From Candidatus Omnitrophota bacterium (GTDB lineage: Bacteria; Omnitrophota; Gorgyraeia; S143-82): a stretch of 64,000 bases of DNA. The notes below the pieces were generated by a model. It did not search any database. It saw nothing but the letters and a program-made list of their open reading frames with translations, and was not told the origin of the DNA. The position numbers and the translations under genes are program-made. Where the stretch lies: assembly GCA_015494465.1 (NCBI GenBank), contig WGBD01000001.1, positions 180,477-244,476 on the forward strand, given 5' to 3'. Positions 1 to 8,233 of the stretch are shown here, piece after piece (positions within the stretch are counted from its first letter, which is position 1; the number at the start of each line of letters is the position of its first letter).

Positions 1-36
1 TAAAAAGGCCAAAAAGATCCTCTTTTTAACCCTCAT
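1..36 (-). CDS. 5' end of a gene running off the window (MRVKKRIFLAFL..., signal-peptide-like)
   Basis: ATG at 36 preceded by the purine-rich RBS AAGGGGGGAGAG; 12 open codons to the window edge. Confidence 0.55.
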   Translation of the reverse strand, partial: MRVKKRIFLAFL

Positions 37-63
37 CTCTCCCCCCTTCAAATGTAGACATCA

Positions 64-141
64 TGGTAGCCCCAAGGGGATTCGAACCCCTGTTTCATGG
101 CTGAGAACCATGCGTCCTAGGCCGGGCTAGACGATGGGGCC
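64..141 (-). tRNA. tRNA-Glu (anticodon CTC)
   Basis: Reverse complement folds as a cloverleaf: acceptor GGCCCCA/TGGGGCT, anticodon arm CATGG-TTCTCAG-CCATG, T arm AGGGG-TTCGAAT-CCCCT, encoded 3' ACCA. Confidence 0.97.
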
Positions 142-156
142 ACATACGCACTCACG

Positions 157-185
157 ATTTTAACAAAAAAGCGCTATCCAGTCAA
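157..185 (-). promoter_or_regulatory. sigma70-like promoter for tRNA-Glu
   Basis: TTGACT-17 bp-TAAAAT, 15 bp upstream of the tRNA 5' end. Confidence 0.7.
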
Positions 186-195
186 CGCTATCGGT

Positions 196-1026
196 TCACT
201 TGCCCAACTTCTCTAAGGCAGACCAACCTCGTTCTCCCCCTTCACCACTCTCTATCAGGCCCTCTTCTCCCTTCTGCGTCCCAGAGGGTTGGGACGGAGC
301 AGGGGCAGTCTTCACGACGAACAAGCTATCCGGCAAATCGGGATTGATCGTTACATCCACCACCTCGGTATCTGCGACTTTTTCACCATCCAGATACATC
401 TCCATTCTTCTAGGAAAGCGAACCCCTGGAGCTCCCTGAACTGCTTTAAAACCACTCCTAACCAAGACGATCTTATTCCCCCCTACCTCCTGCTCCAGCT
501 TCAGCCAATCTAGGGTCTCTTTGTCGAGATAGAGCTTAACATCATTGTCCATAGCCAACACATAACAGGGACGGCCATTCACCGTTTCTTCTCCCACCAG
601 TTTTAGTCTACCCTTAAGATTGCTCAGCCAATCCACATCCCCGACTGGATTCATCTTATTGAGCCCTACCTTGTCCACCGGTATCCGCTGAGTTTGGCCC
701 TGAGATATGACCCACAGATCCTTGCCGTCGAATATGCTAATCGACTTCAAGTACTCCGCTGGGATGTCCTTGGGGGCCTTGACTGGTTGGGACTCACTCC
801 TTAGTTTGTTCCCCTTCTGATAGACCACATTCTCTATCTCCACTTCTTGGTCCCCAAACGCCCCCTTGGTCCTGGCCACGATCTTTAGCGTCTGCACCTT
901 GGCCTTGAACGCCTTCCCCTTCTCGTCTAGGCGGGAGACGATGTCGTCCAAGGTCCCAGCCCACAAAGCCACCTGAAACGAGATCACGCCCAGGACTAAC
1001 AAGCCTGCTTTGACTATCCTAGCCAC
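196..1026 (-). CDS. LolA-like periplasmic lipoprotein-sorting/carrier-fold protein
   Basis: Signal peptide; SIFDGKDLW, LVGEETVNGRPCYVL, LYLDKET and INPDLPDSLF motifs typical of LolA-like proteins; start moved to GTG 1026 behind AAAGGAGG. Confidence 0.7.
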   Translation of the reverse strand: MARIVKAGLLVLGVISFQVALWAGTLDDIVSRLDEKGKAFKAKVQTLKIVARTKGAFGDQEVEIENVVYQKGNKLRSESQPVKAPKDIPAEYLKSISIFDGKDLWVISQGQTQRIPVDKVGLNKMNPVGDVDWLSNLKGRLKLVGEETVNGRPCYVLAMDNDVKLYLDKETLDWLKLEQEVGGNKIVLVRSGFKAVQGAPGVRFPRRMEMYLDGEKVADTEVVDVTINPDLPDSLFVVKTAPAPSQPSGTQKGEEGLIESGEGGERGWSALEKLGK

Positions 1027-1039
1027 TTCTAACCTCCTT

Positions 1040-1339
1040 TCAGACGAGCCGAAGCGCAAGTTCCCGTATCACCCCTACCAAAAACTGCTGTAGGAAGCTC
1101 AAGACCAAGAACGCCACCACCGGAGAAAAATCTAACATTCCCACCTGCAGAGGCAGTTTCCTAAAGGGAGCCAAGATGGGTTCGGTGATGGCGTATATGG
1201 CCTGGATAACGGAATTGTAATAGTAATCTATCTGGAGCCAGGAGAGGATAATCCTGATCACTAAAAGGATGTACAGAATACCAAAGACCATGTCTATAAG
1301 ACTGGCCAAGGCAAAAAGAAAGTGCTTTATGATAAACAT
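1040..1339 (-). CDS. yggT: YggT family membrane protein
   Basis: IRIILSW, ITEPILAPFRK and GMLDFSPVVA motifs; adjacent to proC. Confidence 0.9.
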   Translation of the reverse strand: MFIIKHFLFALASLIDMVFGILYILLVIRIILSWLQIDYYYNSVIQAIYAITEPILAPFRKLPLQVGMLDFSPVVAFLVLSFLQQFLVGVIRELALRLV

Positions 1340-1342
1340 ACT

Positions 1343-2131
1343 CTACCTCGCAAGCTCCTTTGCCCTGATCCTTGCCCTTTCAAACGCACCCTTTAGTATA
1401 TCACCTACCCCTTTCTCTGTCATATACTTAATCGCTGCCTCGGTGGTCCCTCCGGGCGAGGTGACCATCCGCCTCAGCTCCTCACACTTGCCGGAAAACT
1501 TTTCCAACAAGAGCCCAGCGCCATAGGCGGTCCTGCGGGCAAGCCTTTCGGCCACCTCCTCAGAGAGGCCAGCCCCTATGCCGAAATCCCGCAGTTGCTC
1601 GGTCAGGAAAAAGTAGTAGGCAGGTCCGCTTCCGCTGATCGCCGTGACTACATCTAAGTCCTCCTCTTTCTCTAGGCGCAGGACTTCCCCCAGCCCCTTT
1701 AATATCTCTAAGGCGACCTCCAGATGGGGTATCCCCTCCTCGTAAACTACGCCGGTTATCCCCGCGGATATCAGACCCGGTGTGTTCGGCATCGCCCTTA
1801 TCACATGCTCGACGCCCATAACCTTCTTAAGATAGCCCCGCGTAATCCCTGCACACACCGACAAAACGCTGACCTCTTCTCCTATCTTATCCCGAATCTG
1901 CTCCGCAACCCCGGAGACATCCTGAGGCTTTACCGCCAGTATTAACAGGCCATCCTCTAACTCCGGAACCGTCTGCCTGCACTCCACATCAGGATACATA
2001 CCGCTTGCCCTCTCCAGCTGTTCTGCCCGTTTGTCCACCACCACGATCCGATCCACATCCCTGCACCTCACCGCGGACTTCAAAAGGGCCATCCCCATGT
2101 TCCCGCAACCGAGCAAAACGACCTCTGCCAC
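1343..2131 (-). CDS. proC: pyrroline-5-carboxylate reductase
   Basis: GCGNMG, LAVKPQ, RAMPNTP, TAISGSGPAY and VTSPGGTT motifs. Confidence 0.95.
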   Translation of the reverse strand: MAEVVLLGCGNMGMALLKSAVRCRDVDRIVVVDKRAEQLERASGMYPDVECRQTVPELEDGLLILAVKPQDVSGVAEQIRDKIGEEVSVLSVCAGITRGYLKKVMGVEHVIRAMPNTPGLISAGITGVVYEEGIPHLEVALEILKGLGEVLRLEKEEDLDVVTAISGSGPAYYFFLTEQLRDFGIGAGLSEEVAERLARRTAYGAGLLLEKFSGKCEELRRMVTSPGGTTEAAIKYMTEKGVGDILKGAFERARIRAKELAR

Positions 2132-2132
2132 T

Positions 2133-2684
2133 TCAACCCTCCAGGTTTACCAACGCCCCAACCCGTTTACTCTTCAGGTTCGTGTTCTCCCAAGTATGGG
2201 GTACGATAACCACCTCAAACCAGCGCTTCACTTTATCAACATCCTGCACGGTTAGGCTTATCCCGTCCACGCCAACGGATCCTTTCGCCTCCACACCTAT
2301 CTTCCCCTTCACCACACCTATCTTCAACCTATACTCCCCTGCCCTCCTGCGAATAGCACCTATCCTGCCAACCGCACTTACATGGCCGGACATAATGTGT
2401 CCACCGACCCTGTCCCCCACCCGCATGGCCGGTTCCAGGTTTACCACCTCTCCCACCCGCCAACGGGAGACAGTGGTATCGGAGAGCGTCGTAGGAGAGG
2501 CCCAAAACCGCAACTGTCCCCTCTCCCTGCCCTCCACGGTAAGGCAGACCCCGTTAACCGCCACGCTGTCCCCAACGGAGACCTCTCCTTCGGGAAAGGG
2601 ATCCTTAATCCACAACTCCTTTCCCCCTCGCCTCCCGACGATCCGGCTAACGGTAGAGGTATGTCTTATCAATCCGGTGAACAT
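2133..2684 (-). CDS. ribE: riboflavin synthase (alpha chain)
   Basis: N-terminal MFTGLI; GDSVAVNGVCLTV, VNLE, GGHIMSGHV, KGSVGVDGISLTV. Confidence 0.92.
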   Translation of the reverse strand: MFTGLIRHTSTVSRIVGRRGGKELWIKDPFPEGEVSVGDSVAVNGVCLTVEGRERGQLRFWASPTTLSDTTVSRWRVGEVVNLEPAMRVGDRVGGHIMSGHVSAVGRIGAIRRRAGEYRLKIGVVKGKIGVEAKGSVGVDGISLTVQDVDKVKRWFEVVIVPHTWENTNLKSKRVGALVNLEG

Positions 2685-2689
2685 AATCC

Positions 2690-3823
2690 CTAACCCAAAT
2701 CTCCCTCAATCCAGAGGTCTTCCCCAAGGTCTTCCACTCGCACATCCCTCAAGAAGACCCTTCCCTCCAACCCGAGATCCAGATCCAACCAACCCATGCC
2801 TCTGCCCAGCAAGCTCTTGGAGGTGCACAGGACCAACCTGTCCACCAATCCCTCCCCAAAGAAGGCAGAGACCACCCCTGCCCCCGCCTCGACCAGGACC
2901 CGGGCTATCCCTTGGGAAAACAGGACCCCCATCACCGCCTCGAGGTCAACCCTGCCATCCCGAACGGGAACCGGAAAGACCCGGAAGTATTCCCTGACCC
3001 TTTTCGCAAGATACGCCTTAAACCGAGCGATCTTCCTTGAGGATACATCTTCCCCCACGAACACCCAAAGCGGGGTCCTCTCCGAGACCGTATTCATCAA
3101 TCGTGCCTCAGGGGAGATGCGAAACTGGGTGTCCAAGACCACCCGAACCAACCGCTGAGAGGTCCTCCCCCAACGGAGCGTGAGTTGAGGGTCGTCCCGC
3201 TCAACCGTGCCGATACCGGTAAGCACTGCATCCACTCGTGCCCTGAGGTCCCTGTGGACCCTGCGTCTGGTCCTCTCCGAGGTAATCCACTTCGACCTGC
3301 CTCTTCGGTCCCCGATCTTTCCGTCCAAGGTCTGGGCAACCTTGACTACCACAAACGGCCTGCGCTCCTCCATTAAGAGCCTGAAAGGGCGATAGAACCT
3401 GTCTATCTCCCGGCGAAGTTCTGAGGAGGCAATCCTCTCAACCCGAATCCCCTTCTTCCTCAACCTCAAAGACCTGCGGTAATTGACCGGATTGGGATCC
3501 CAACTGCCAACGACCACCCTCGATATCCCGAATTCCTCTATCGCCAAGGTGCAGGGCGGGGTATTGCCCCAACTATCGCAGGGCTCGAGGGTAACGAACA
3601 ACTCACTGCCCCGAATCCCCTCGGGCCCAACCGTTTTCCTGGCCTTATTTATCGCCACCAACTCCGCGTGTAGACTGCCCACCCCCCGGTGAAATCCTCT
3701 GCCGATGACCTTACCGTCTTTCACCAACACCGCCCCCACGGAAGGATTCATACCCGTCTTACCGTCGTACCGGCGGGCTAAATCCAAGGCCTCGAGCATG
3801 TAGACATCATCTGAACCGGACAT
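2690..3823 (-). CDS. ribD: bifunctional diaminohydroxyphosphoribosylaminopyrimidine deaminase/reductase
   Basis: NPSVGAVLVK, HAE, VTLEPC..TPPC, AQTLDGKI, SKWIT, DDPQLT, LVEAG; start taken at ATG 3823 because the longer ORF-track extension overlaps the PHP gene. Confidence 0.93.
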   Translation of the reverse strand: MSGSDDVYMLEALDLARRYDGKTGMNPSVGAVLVKDGKVIGRGFHRGVGSLHAELVAINKARKTVGPEGIRGSELFVTLEPCDSWGNTPPCTLAIEEFGISRVVVGSWDPNPVNYRRSLRLRKKGIRVERIASSELRREIDRFYRPFRLLMEERRPFVVVKVAQTLDGKIGDRRGRSKWITSERTRRRVHRDLRARVDAVLTGIGTVERDDPQLTLRWGRTSQRLVRVVLDTQFRISPEARLMNTVSERTPLWVFVGEDVSSRKIARFKAYLAKRVREYFRVFPVPVRDGRVDLEAVMGVLFSQGIARVLVEAGAGVVSAFFGEGLVDRLVLCTSKSLLGRGMGWLDLDLGLEGRVFLRDVRVEDLGEDLWIEGDLG

Positions 3824-4634
3824 CCGCGAAGACTCGTTCGAAGAGGTCCTGAGGCATACCCACCTTGCCCAGAAAGTCCTGCTTCTTGGCAGATCCGTGG
3901 AAGTCGGAACCACCGGTAGGGAACAGGCCCTTCTCCTTGCACAAGACGAGCAACTCCTCCACGAACCTCTCTCCGTGCTCCGGATAGAAGACCTCCACCC
4001 CCCAGAAGGCAAAACTATCCAATATCCTCCCCACCAACCGCGAAGGAACGAATATCGGATGGGCCAAAACCGGAAGACCGCCACTTGCAGTTATCACCTC
4101 TATGGCCTCACTGACATCCATCCGCAGGGTAGGCACATAATAAGGGCAGTGATAACCGATAAGGTCCTTATAGGCCCGCTCCAGACTGGGGACATATCCC
4201 TTCTCCAGCAACACCGCAGCCAGGTGCGGTCTGCCTACCACCCCGTGATGGGCCTTGGCAAAGACCTCCTCGCAAGAGACCGAAAACCCGTCCCGGTTAA
4301 GGCGGGAGACCATCTCCTGCATGCGCCTCTGACGCCTCATCTGCTGACGACTCAATACCTGTCCTAAATCCGAAGACTCCGCATCTACAAAGTACCCGAG
4401 GATGTGCACCTCCACCCCGTCGTACTCACAACTGAACTCCACCCCCGGCACGAAGGACAATCCGTAATACTCACAGGCCCGTTCAGCCCTCTCTAATCCA
4501 GCCACCGTGTCGTGATCGGTAAGGGCCACGGCGGACAGCCCCCTCAACTTGGCAAGGGATACCAACCCTTCCGGGGAGTGGGTCCCATCGGAAAACAGGG
4601 AATGCATGTGCAGGTCAGCAAAGACTAACTCCAT
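3807..4634 (-). CDS. PHP domain phosphoesterase (TrpH/YciV-like)
   Basis: DLHMHSLFSDG, ALTDHDT, GVEFS, HILGY, GRPH, LAHP, TGGSDFHG. Confidence 0.9.
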   Translation of the reverse strand: MELVFADLHMHSLFSDGTHSPEGLVSLAKLRGLSAVALTDHDTVAGLERAERACEYYGLSFVPGVEFSCEYDGVEVHILGYFVDAESSDLGQVLSRQQMRRQRRMQEMVSRLNRDGFSVSCEEVFAKAHHGVVGRPHLAAVLLEKGYVPSLERAYKDLIGYHCPYYVPTLRMDVSEAIEVITASGGLPVLAHPIFVPSRLVGRILDSFAFWGVEVFYPEHGERFVEELLVLCKEKGLFPTGGSDFHGSAKKQDFLGKVGMPQDLFERVFADVRFR

Positions 4635-5608
4635 ATCTTCTGCCTTATCTTGGACCAGACCCTGCGGGCCACCGCTCCAGCCCGCTCCTTCCCCTGCCTA
4701 AGGATGTCCATCACCAGATCCCTCTTGGCCAGCAGTTCCTGGCGCCTGGAACGAATAGGCTCCAGTCGGGCATTGATGTTTCCCGCAAGGTGGCGCTTGC
4801 ACTCAACGCAACCTATCTTACCCGCCCGACAATCCCTCTCTATCTCCGCTACATCCCCTTCCGAGAAGACCCTGTGATAGGTAAACACCGAGCAGACCTC
4901 CGGATGGCCGGGATCGGTCTTCCTAATGCGGGCAGGGTCGGTTATCATCCGGGAGACCTTTTTAGTAACCTCATCCGCAGGCTCTCCCAAAGAGATGAAG
5001 TTGCCATAACTCTTGCTCATCTTCCTGCCGTCCAGTCCGGGCAGGCGGGGTATCTTGGTCAAAAGGGGTTGGGGCTCAGGCAGATCCAATCCAAAGTAAT
5101 AATTTGCCCTGCGCACTATCTCTCTGGCCAACTCCAGATGGGGCAACTGATCCTCCCCCACAGGCACCAGTTCCGCCTCGTATATGAGGATGTCCGCTGC
5201 CTGCAGGACGGGATAGCCTATAAAGGCGTGGGTCTGCAACTGCCGGGTACTAAGATTCTGCAACTGCTCTTTGTAGGTAGGGCACCGCTCAAGCCAGCCC
5301 AACGGCGTCAGGATGGAGAACAACATGTAGAGGTCCAGGTGCTCCTGCACATCCGACTGCAAGAACACCACTGCCTTATCCGGATCGATCCCGCAGGCCA
5401 GCCAATCCACCACATTGTCCACTATGTATTCGCTCAAAGACTGGTGCCGCTCGTACTCGCTCATCAGGGCATGCCAGTCCGCAACCATAAAAAAGCAGGA
5501 ATACTCCTCCTGCAGGGCAATCCAGTTGGACAAGGCCCCCACGAGGTGCCCGAGATGAAGGGGCCCGGTAGGCCTCATCCCGCTCAAGACGACTTTCTTC
5601 TCAGCCAT
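4625..5608 (-). CDS. trpS: tryptophan--tRNA ligase
   Basis: SGMRPTGPLHLGH (HIGH), YPVLQAADIL, VPVGEDQ and KMSKS motifs. Confidence 0.97.
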   Translation of the reverse strand: MAEKKVVLSGMRPTGPLHLGHLVGALSNWIALQEEYSCFFMVADWHALMSEYERHQSLSEYIVDNVVDWLACGIDPDKAVVFLQSDVQEHLDLYMLFSILTPLGWLERCPTYKEQLQNLSTRQLQTHAFIGYPVLQAADILIYEAELVPVGEDQLPHLELAREIVRRANYYFGLDLPEPQPLLTKIPRLPGLDGRKMSKSYGNFISLGEPADEVTKKVSRMITDPARIRKTDPGHPEVCSVFTYHRVFSEGDVAEIERDCRAGKIGCVECKRHLAGNINARLEPIRSRRQELLAKRDLVMDILRQGKERAGAVARRVWSKIRQKIWS

Positions 5609-6045
5609 ATCTCTTCCAGTTCCGCGTTTATCTCCTCTATATCCTCCGAAGACAGCTCCTTATCGCTTATCTCCTCTTCCTCGTCCTCCTCCTGCCAGGA
5701 GAGGAACTCCCCCACTGACAGGGACTTTATCCCCGCCTTGTGGGCGTAGAACCTGACCTCCCTGTCGTCGCTGACCACGAACCCGGCCGAGGGCCTGTAC
5801 CTCTCCAGAAACTCCTTTATCTTGACGTCTGCGGTCTTCTCCTCCGAAAAGACCACCTCAAACATAGGGAACTCAAAGGCGATGTCAGGATTCCGGGCAC
5901 CGTCAAAGAAGACCACTATGCGGTTCTTATTGGAGAACGAGATAGGATGGCGAAGGAGATATCTAAGGAATCCCCTTCGCAGGTCACCCCAACCCCGGGA
6001 TCGCAACTTCCCGAGGATGTTGTAGGCATCCAAAACGAATAACAT
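5584..6045 (-). CDS. NYN/PIN domain protein (YacP-like)
   Basis: LDAYN, VFFDG, TADVKI and VVSDDREV acidic motifs. Confidence 0.8.
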   Translation of the reverse strand: MLFVLDAYNILGKLRSRGWGDLRRGFLRYLLRHPISFSNKNRIVVFFDGARNPDIAFEFPMFEVVFSEEKTADVKIKEFLERYRPSAGFVVSDDREVRFYAHKAGIKSLSVGEFLSWQEEDEEEEISDKELSSEDIEEINAELEEIWLRRKSS

Positions 6046-6141
6046 AGTAATTCATACCACAGCCCGCCCACATCTTCAATCACAAAAGCACCTCTTTTCC
6101 CGAAATTCTCCCGCTTGCCGTAATCATTGTTTACCCCAAAC

Positions 6142-6167
6142 AAAAAAGGCCTCGCGAAAGCGAGGCC
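6142..6167 (-). terminator. intrinsic terminator after pckG
   Basis: Perfect 8-bp hairpin GGCCTCGC-TTTC-GCGAGGCC followed by TTTTTT on the minus strand. Confidence 0.85.
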
Positions 6168-6194
6168 GTCGACGAGGGAATCTACCCTTCCGAC

Positions 6195-8096
6195 TCACTT
6201 ACAGCAATTCGGAGCGAACTTCTCCATCAGCACGAACGGAGAGACCACCTCCCCCTGACAGGAGAGCATCTTCTCCAGAATCGCCTTCTGTCGGCGGAAG
6301 ACCTCCAAGGCGACCTCCGGGGTCTTGGCGGAGGGATCGGAGTATATCTCCAGCATCCGGTTTATCTTATCCAGATTGTTCTTCACCCGCAGGGAGAACT
6401 GGGCCTCGTAATCTTTCTTGGTGTACTCCTTGCCCAATACCTCGGCAAAGAGGACCTTGAGGTCCTCGTAGTAGGGGAAGTAGCCAATAGGGGTGGCAAA
6501 GGCAGAGAAGTATCCCTTGACCCTGCCTGCCATCCACTTCAACCAGACCCGCTTGTCGTGCATCCCGGTGAGGAACTTACCGTTCTCGTCGCGCTGAAAG
6601 TAATTGACCCCGAAGATGATGGGCACCTTTTTCAGCCCTTCCACAAACTTGATGTGATTCTCCACATACCGGCCTATAGGGATAGAAAGGAAGTCCAGAT
6701 TGGCCATCGGGTTGAACTTCCTCACCCCCACCGCCCCGAGGGTGGCAGCGGTGGTCTCAGACTCCAACGCAGCACCTATGGTCACCACCCCGTGCACCCA
6801 GTCAAAGCTCTGGAATACCGGCACCCAGGTGTCCGAATCCCTTCCGCCGTATATGACCGCGCTCACCTCAACTCCCTCTCTGGCCTCAAGGGCCCGGCAG
6901 TCGCAGTTTTCAAGAGAAGACAGCCTTATCGTGTACCTGGCATTGGGGTGGGCGTAGGGAATCTCCTTGCCGTCTTCGTCCTTTTTCCCCTTGTACCACT
7001 CACCGGAGAAGTTCTCCCCTCTCTTCGGAATCTCCCTTCCGTCTCCCTGCCAATAGGGGATACCGTCCACCACCAACACATTGGAGAAAATCACCTCACC
7101 CGGACTGGTGAGGACCTTCCAGATAAGGGGATCGTCCTTGGGGTTGACATCCCTTATTATCCCAAATATGCCTCTCTCCACATTAACCGCCCTAACTCTG
7201 CCATTTAGTCTGCGCAGGTAGGAGATGTCGTCACCTACGATGTTCTCCCCCTCCACCATACAGGTAGAGGTCTTCCCGCAGGCTGAGGGGAACGCACCGG
7301 TGAAGTATACCTTATCCCCCTCCCGGGTGTGTACTCCCATAAGGAACATGTGCTCCGCCAACCAGCCCTCGCGGTCTGCCCTGCGTATGGCCAGACGGAG
7401 GGCCAGTTTCTTTAAACCGACGGTGTTGCCGGCGTACTGGGTGTTCACGCTGTAGACGATCTCATCCTTCAAATCTATGTAGATCCTCCGCCTGTCTACA
7501 TTCTTGCTGTTATTCCGCTCGTCCAATTCCCCTGCCGAGTGGACGAACCTAAAGAACCCCTCCGGACGGGCCTTTTTAAAGGCCTCGTAGGCAGGCCGGT
7601 AGAGTATGTCCTCGGAATGGGCCACATAGGCGGAATCGGTCAACTGCACCGCATAAAGAGAGAACGGCGAATCCACCGGCCCCAGTCCCATAAACAGGAC
7701 ATAGGCCTCCTTGCCCTTCATCGCCCCCTTCAAAAGATCCTTTACCTCTGCAAGACCTTGCTTTCTGTCTATCGTGTTCAAGGAGACACCCAAGTCCTCG
7801 CCCTCCTCCACCAAAAATCGGGTGTTCTCCTTATCCCTTGCCTGATCCTTTATGCCGTCAAAGTGCACGGTATGGCCTTCTATCTTAAGGGGCTTCTCCT
7901 CACCCAATTCTATAGCCCGCCTGCGTATGTACTCTATGGTCTCGGGATCGTCGGTCCTGACGAAGACCGAATCCGGCTGGCATAGAGAGACATACTCCTC
8001 TAAGAAAGTCAAGACATCCTCCCGCCCCAAGTTCTCCAACGCCTTGCGGGACCTTTCATCGCACAGTCTAAACAGGTTTTCGTATCTCTCTACCAT
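6195..8096 (-). CDS. pckG: phosphoenolpyruvate carboxykinase (GTP)
   Basis: YAGNTVGLKK, WLAEHM, GAFPSACGKT, VGDD, AHPNARY, YGGR, SETTAA; RBS AAAGGAGG. Confidence 0.95.
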   Translation of the reverse strand: MVERYENLFRLCDERSRKALENLGREDVLTFLEEYVSLCQPDSVFVRTDDPETIEYIRRRAIELGEEKPLKIEGHTVHFDGIKDQARDKENTRFLVEEGEDLGVSLNTIDRKQGLAEVKDLLKGAMKGKEAYVLFMGLGPVDSPFSLYAVQLTDSAYVAHSEDILYRPAYEAFKKARPEGFFRFVHSAGELDERNNSKNVDRRRIYIDLKDEIVYSVNTQYAGNTVGLKKLALRLAIRRADREGWLAEHMFLMGVHTREGDKVYFTGAFPSACGKTSTCMVEGENIVGDDISYLRRLNGRVRAVNVERGIFGIIRDVNPKDDPLIWKVLTSPGEVIFSNVLVVDGIPYWQGDGREIPKRGENFSGEWYKGKKDEDGKEIPYAHPNARYTIRLSSLENCDCRALEAREGVEVSAVIYGGRDSDTWVPVFQSFDWVHGVVTIGAALESETTAATLGAVGVRKFNPMANLDFLSIPIGRYVENHIKFVEGLKKVPIIFGVNYFQRDENGKFLTGMHDKRVWLKWMAGRVKGYFSAFATPIGYFPYYEDLKVLFAEVLGKEYTKKDYEAQFSLRVKNNLDKINRMLEIYSDPSAKTPEVALEVFRRQKAILEKMLSCQGEVVSPFVLMEKFAPNCCK

Positions 8097-8200
8097 ACAC
8101 CAACCTCCTTTGGCCTGACGTCCTTACGCCGTGTGCCGGGAATCAGAGGGTAAAACGAACCCGTTGTCCCTTGCACCGCATTTTTGAAGGGACTGGCGGT

Positions 8201-8229
8201 ATTTTATTATAGGAAAAGGGAATTGTAAA
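8201..8229 (-). promoter_or_regulatory. putative sigma70 promoter for pckG
   Basis: TTTACA-17 bp-TAAAAT just downstream of the giant gene stop. Confidence 0.5.
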
Positions 8230-8233
8230 GGCG

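Noticed and set aside
64-141. tRNA-Glu as an integration site for an island containing the giant gene
   Set aside because: No integrase and no duplicated tRNA 3' end noticed; the tRNA 3' side faces out of the window and housekeeping genes lie between it and the giant gene
3824-4084. N-terminal 87-aa extension of RibD in the ORF track
   Set aside because: Lies inside the PHP gene in another frame and has no RibD-like sequence; ATG 3823 gives a normal RibD
8100-8197. Hairpins in the pckG leader (GTCCCTT...AAGGGAC) as a riboswitch or as the giant gene's terminator
   Set aside because: No recognisable riboswitch consensus and no U-tract after the stem on the minus strand; an Rfam/Infernal scan would be needed
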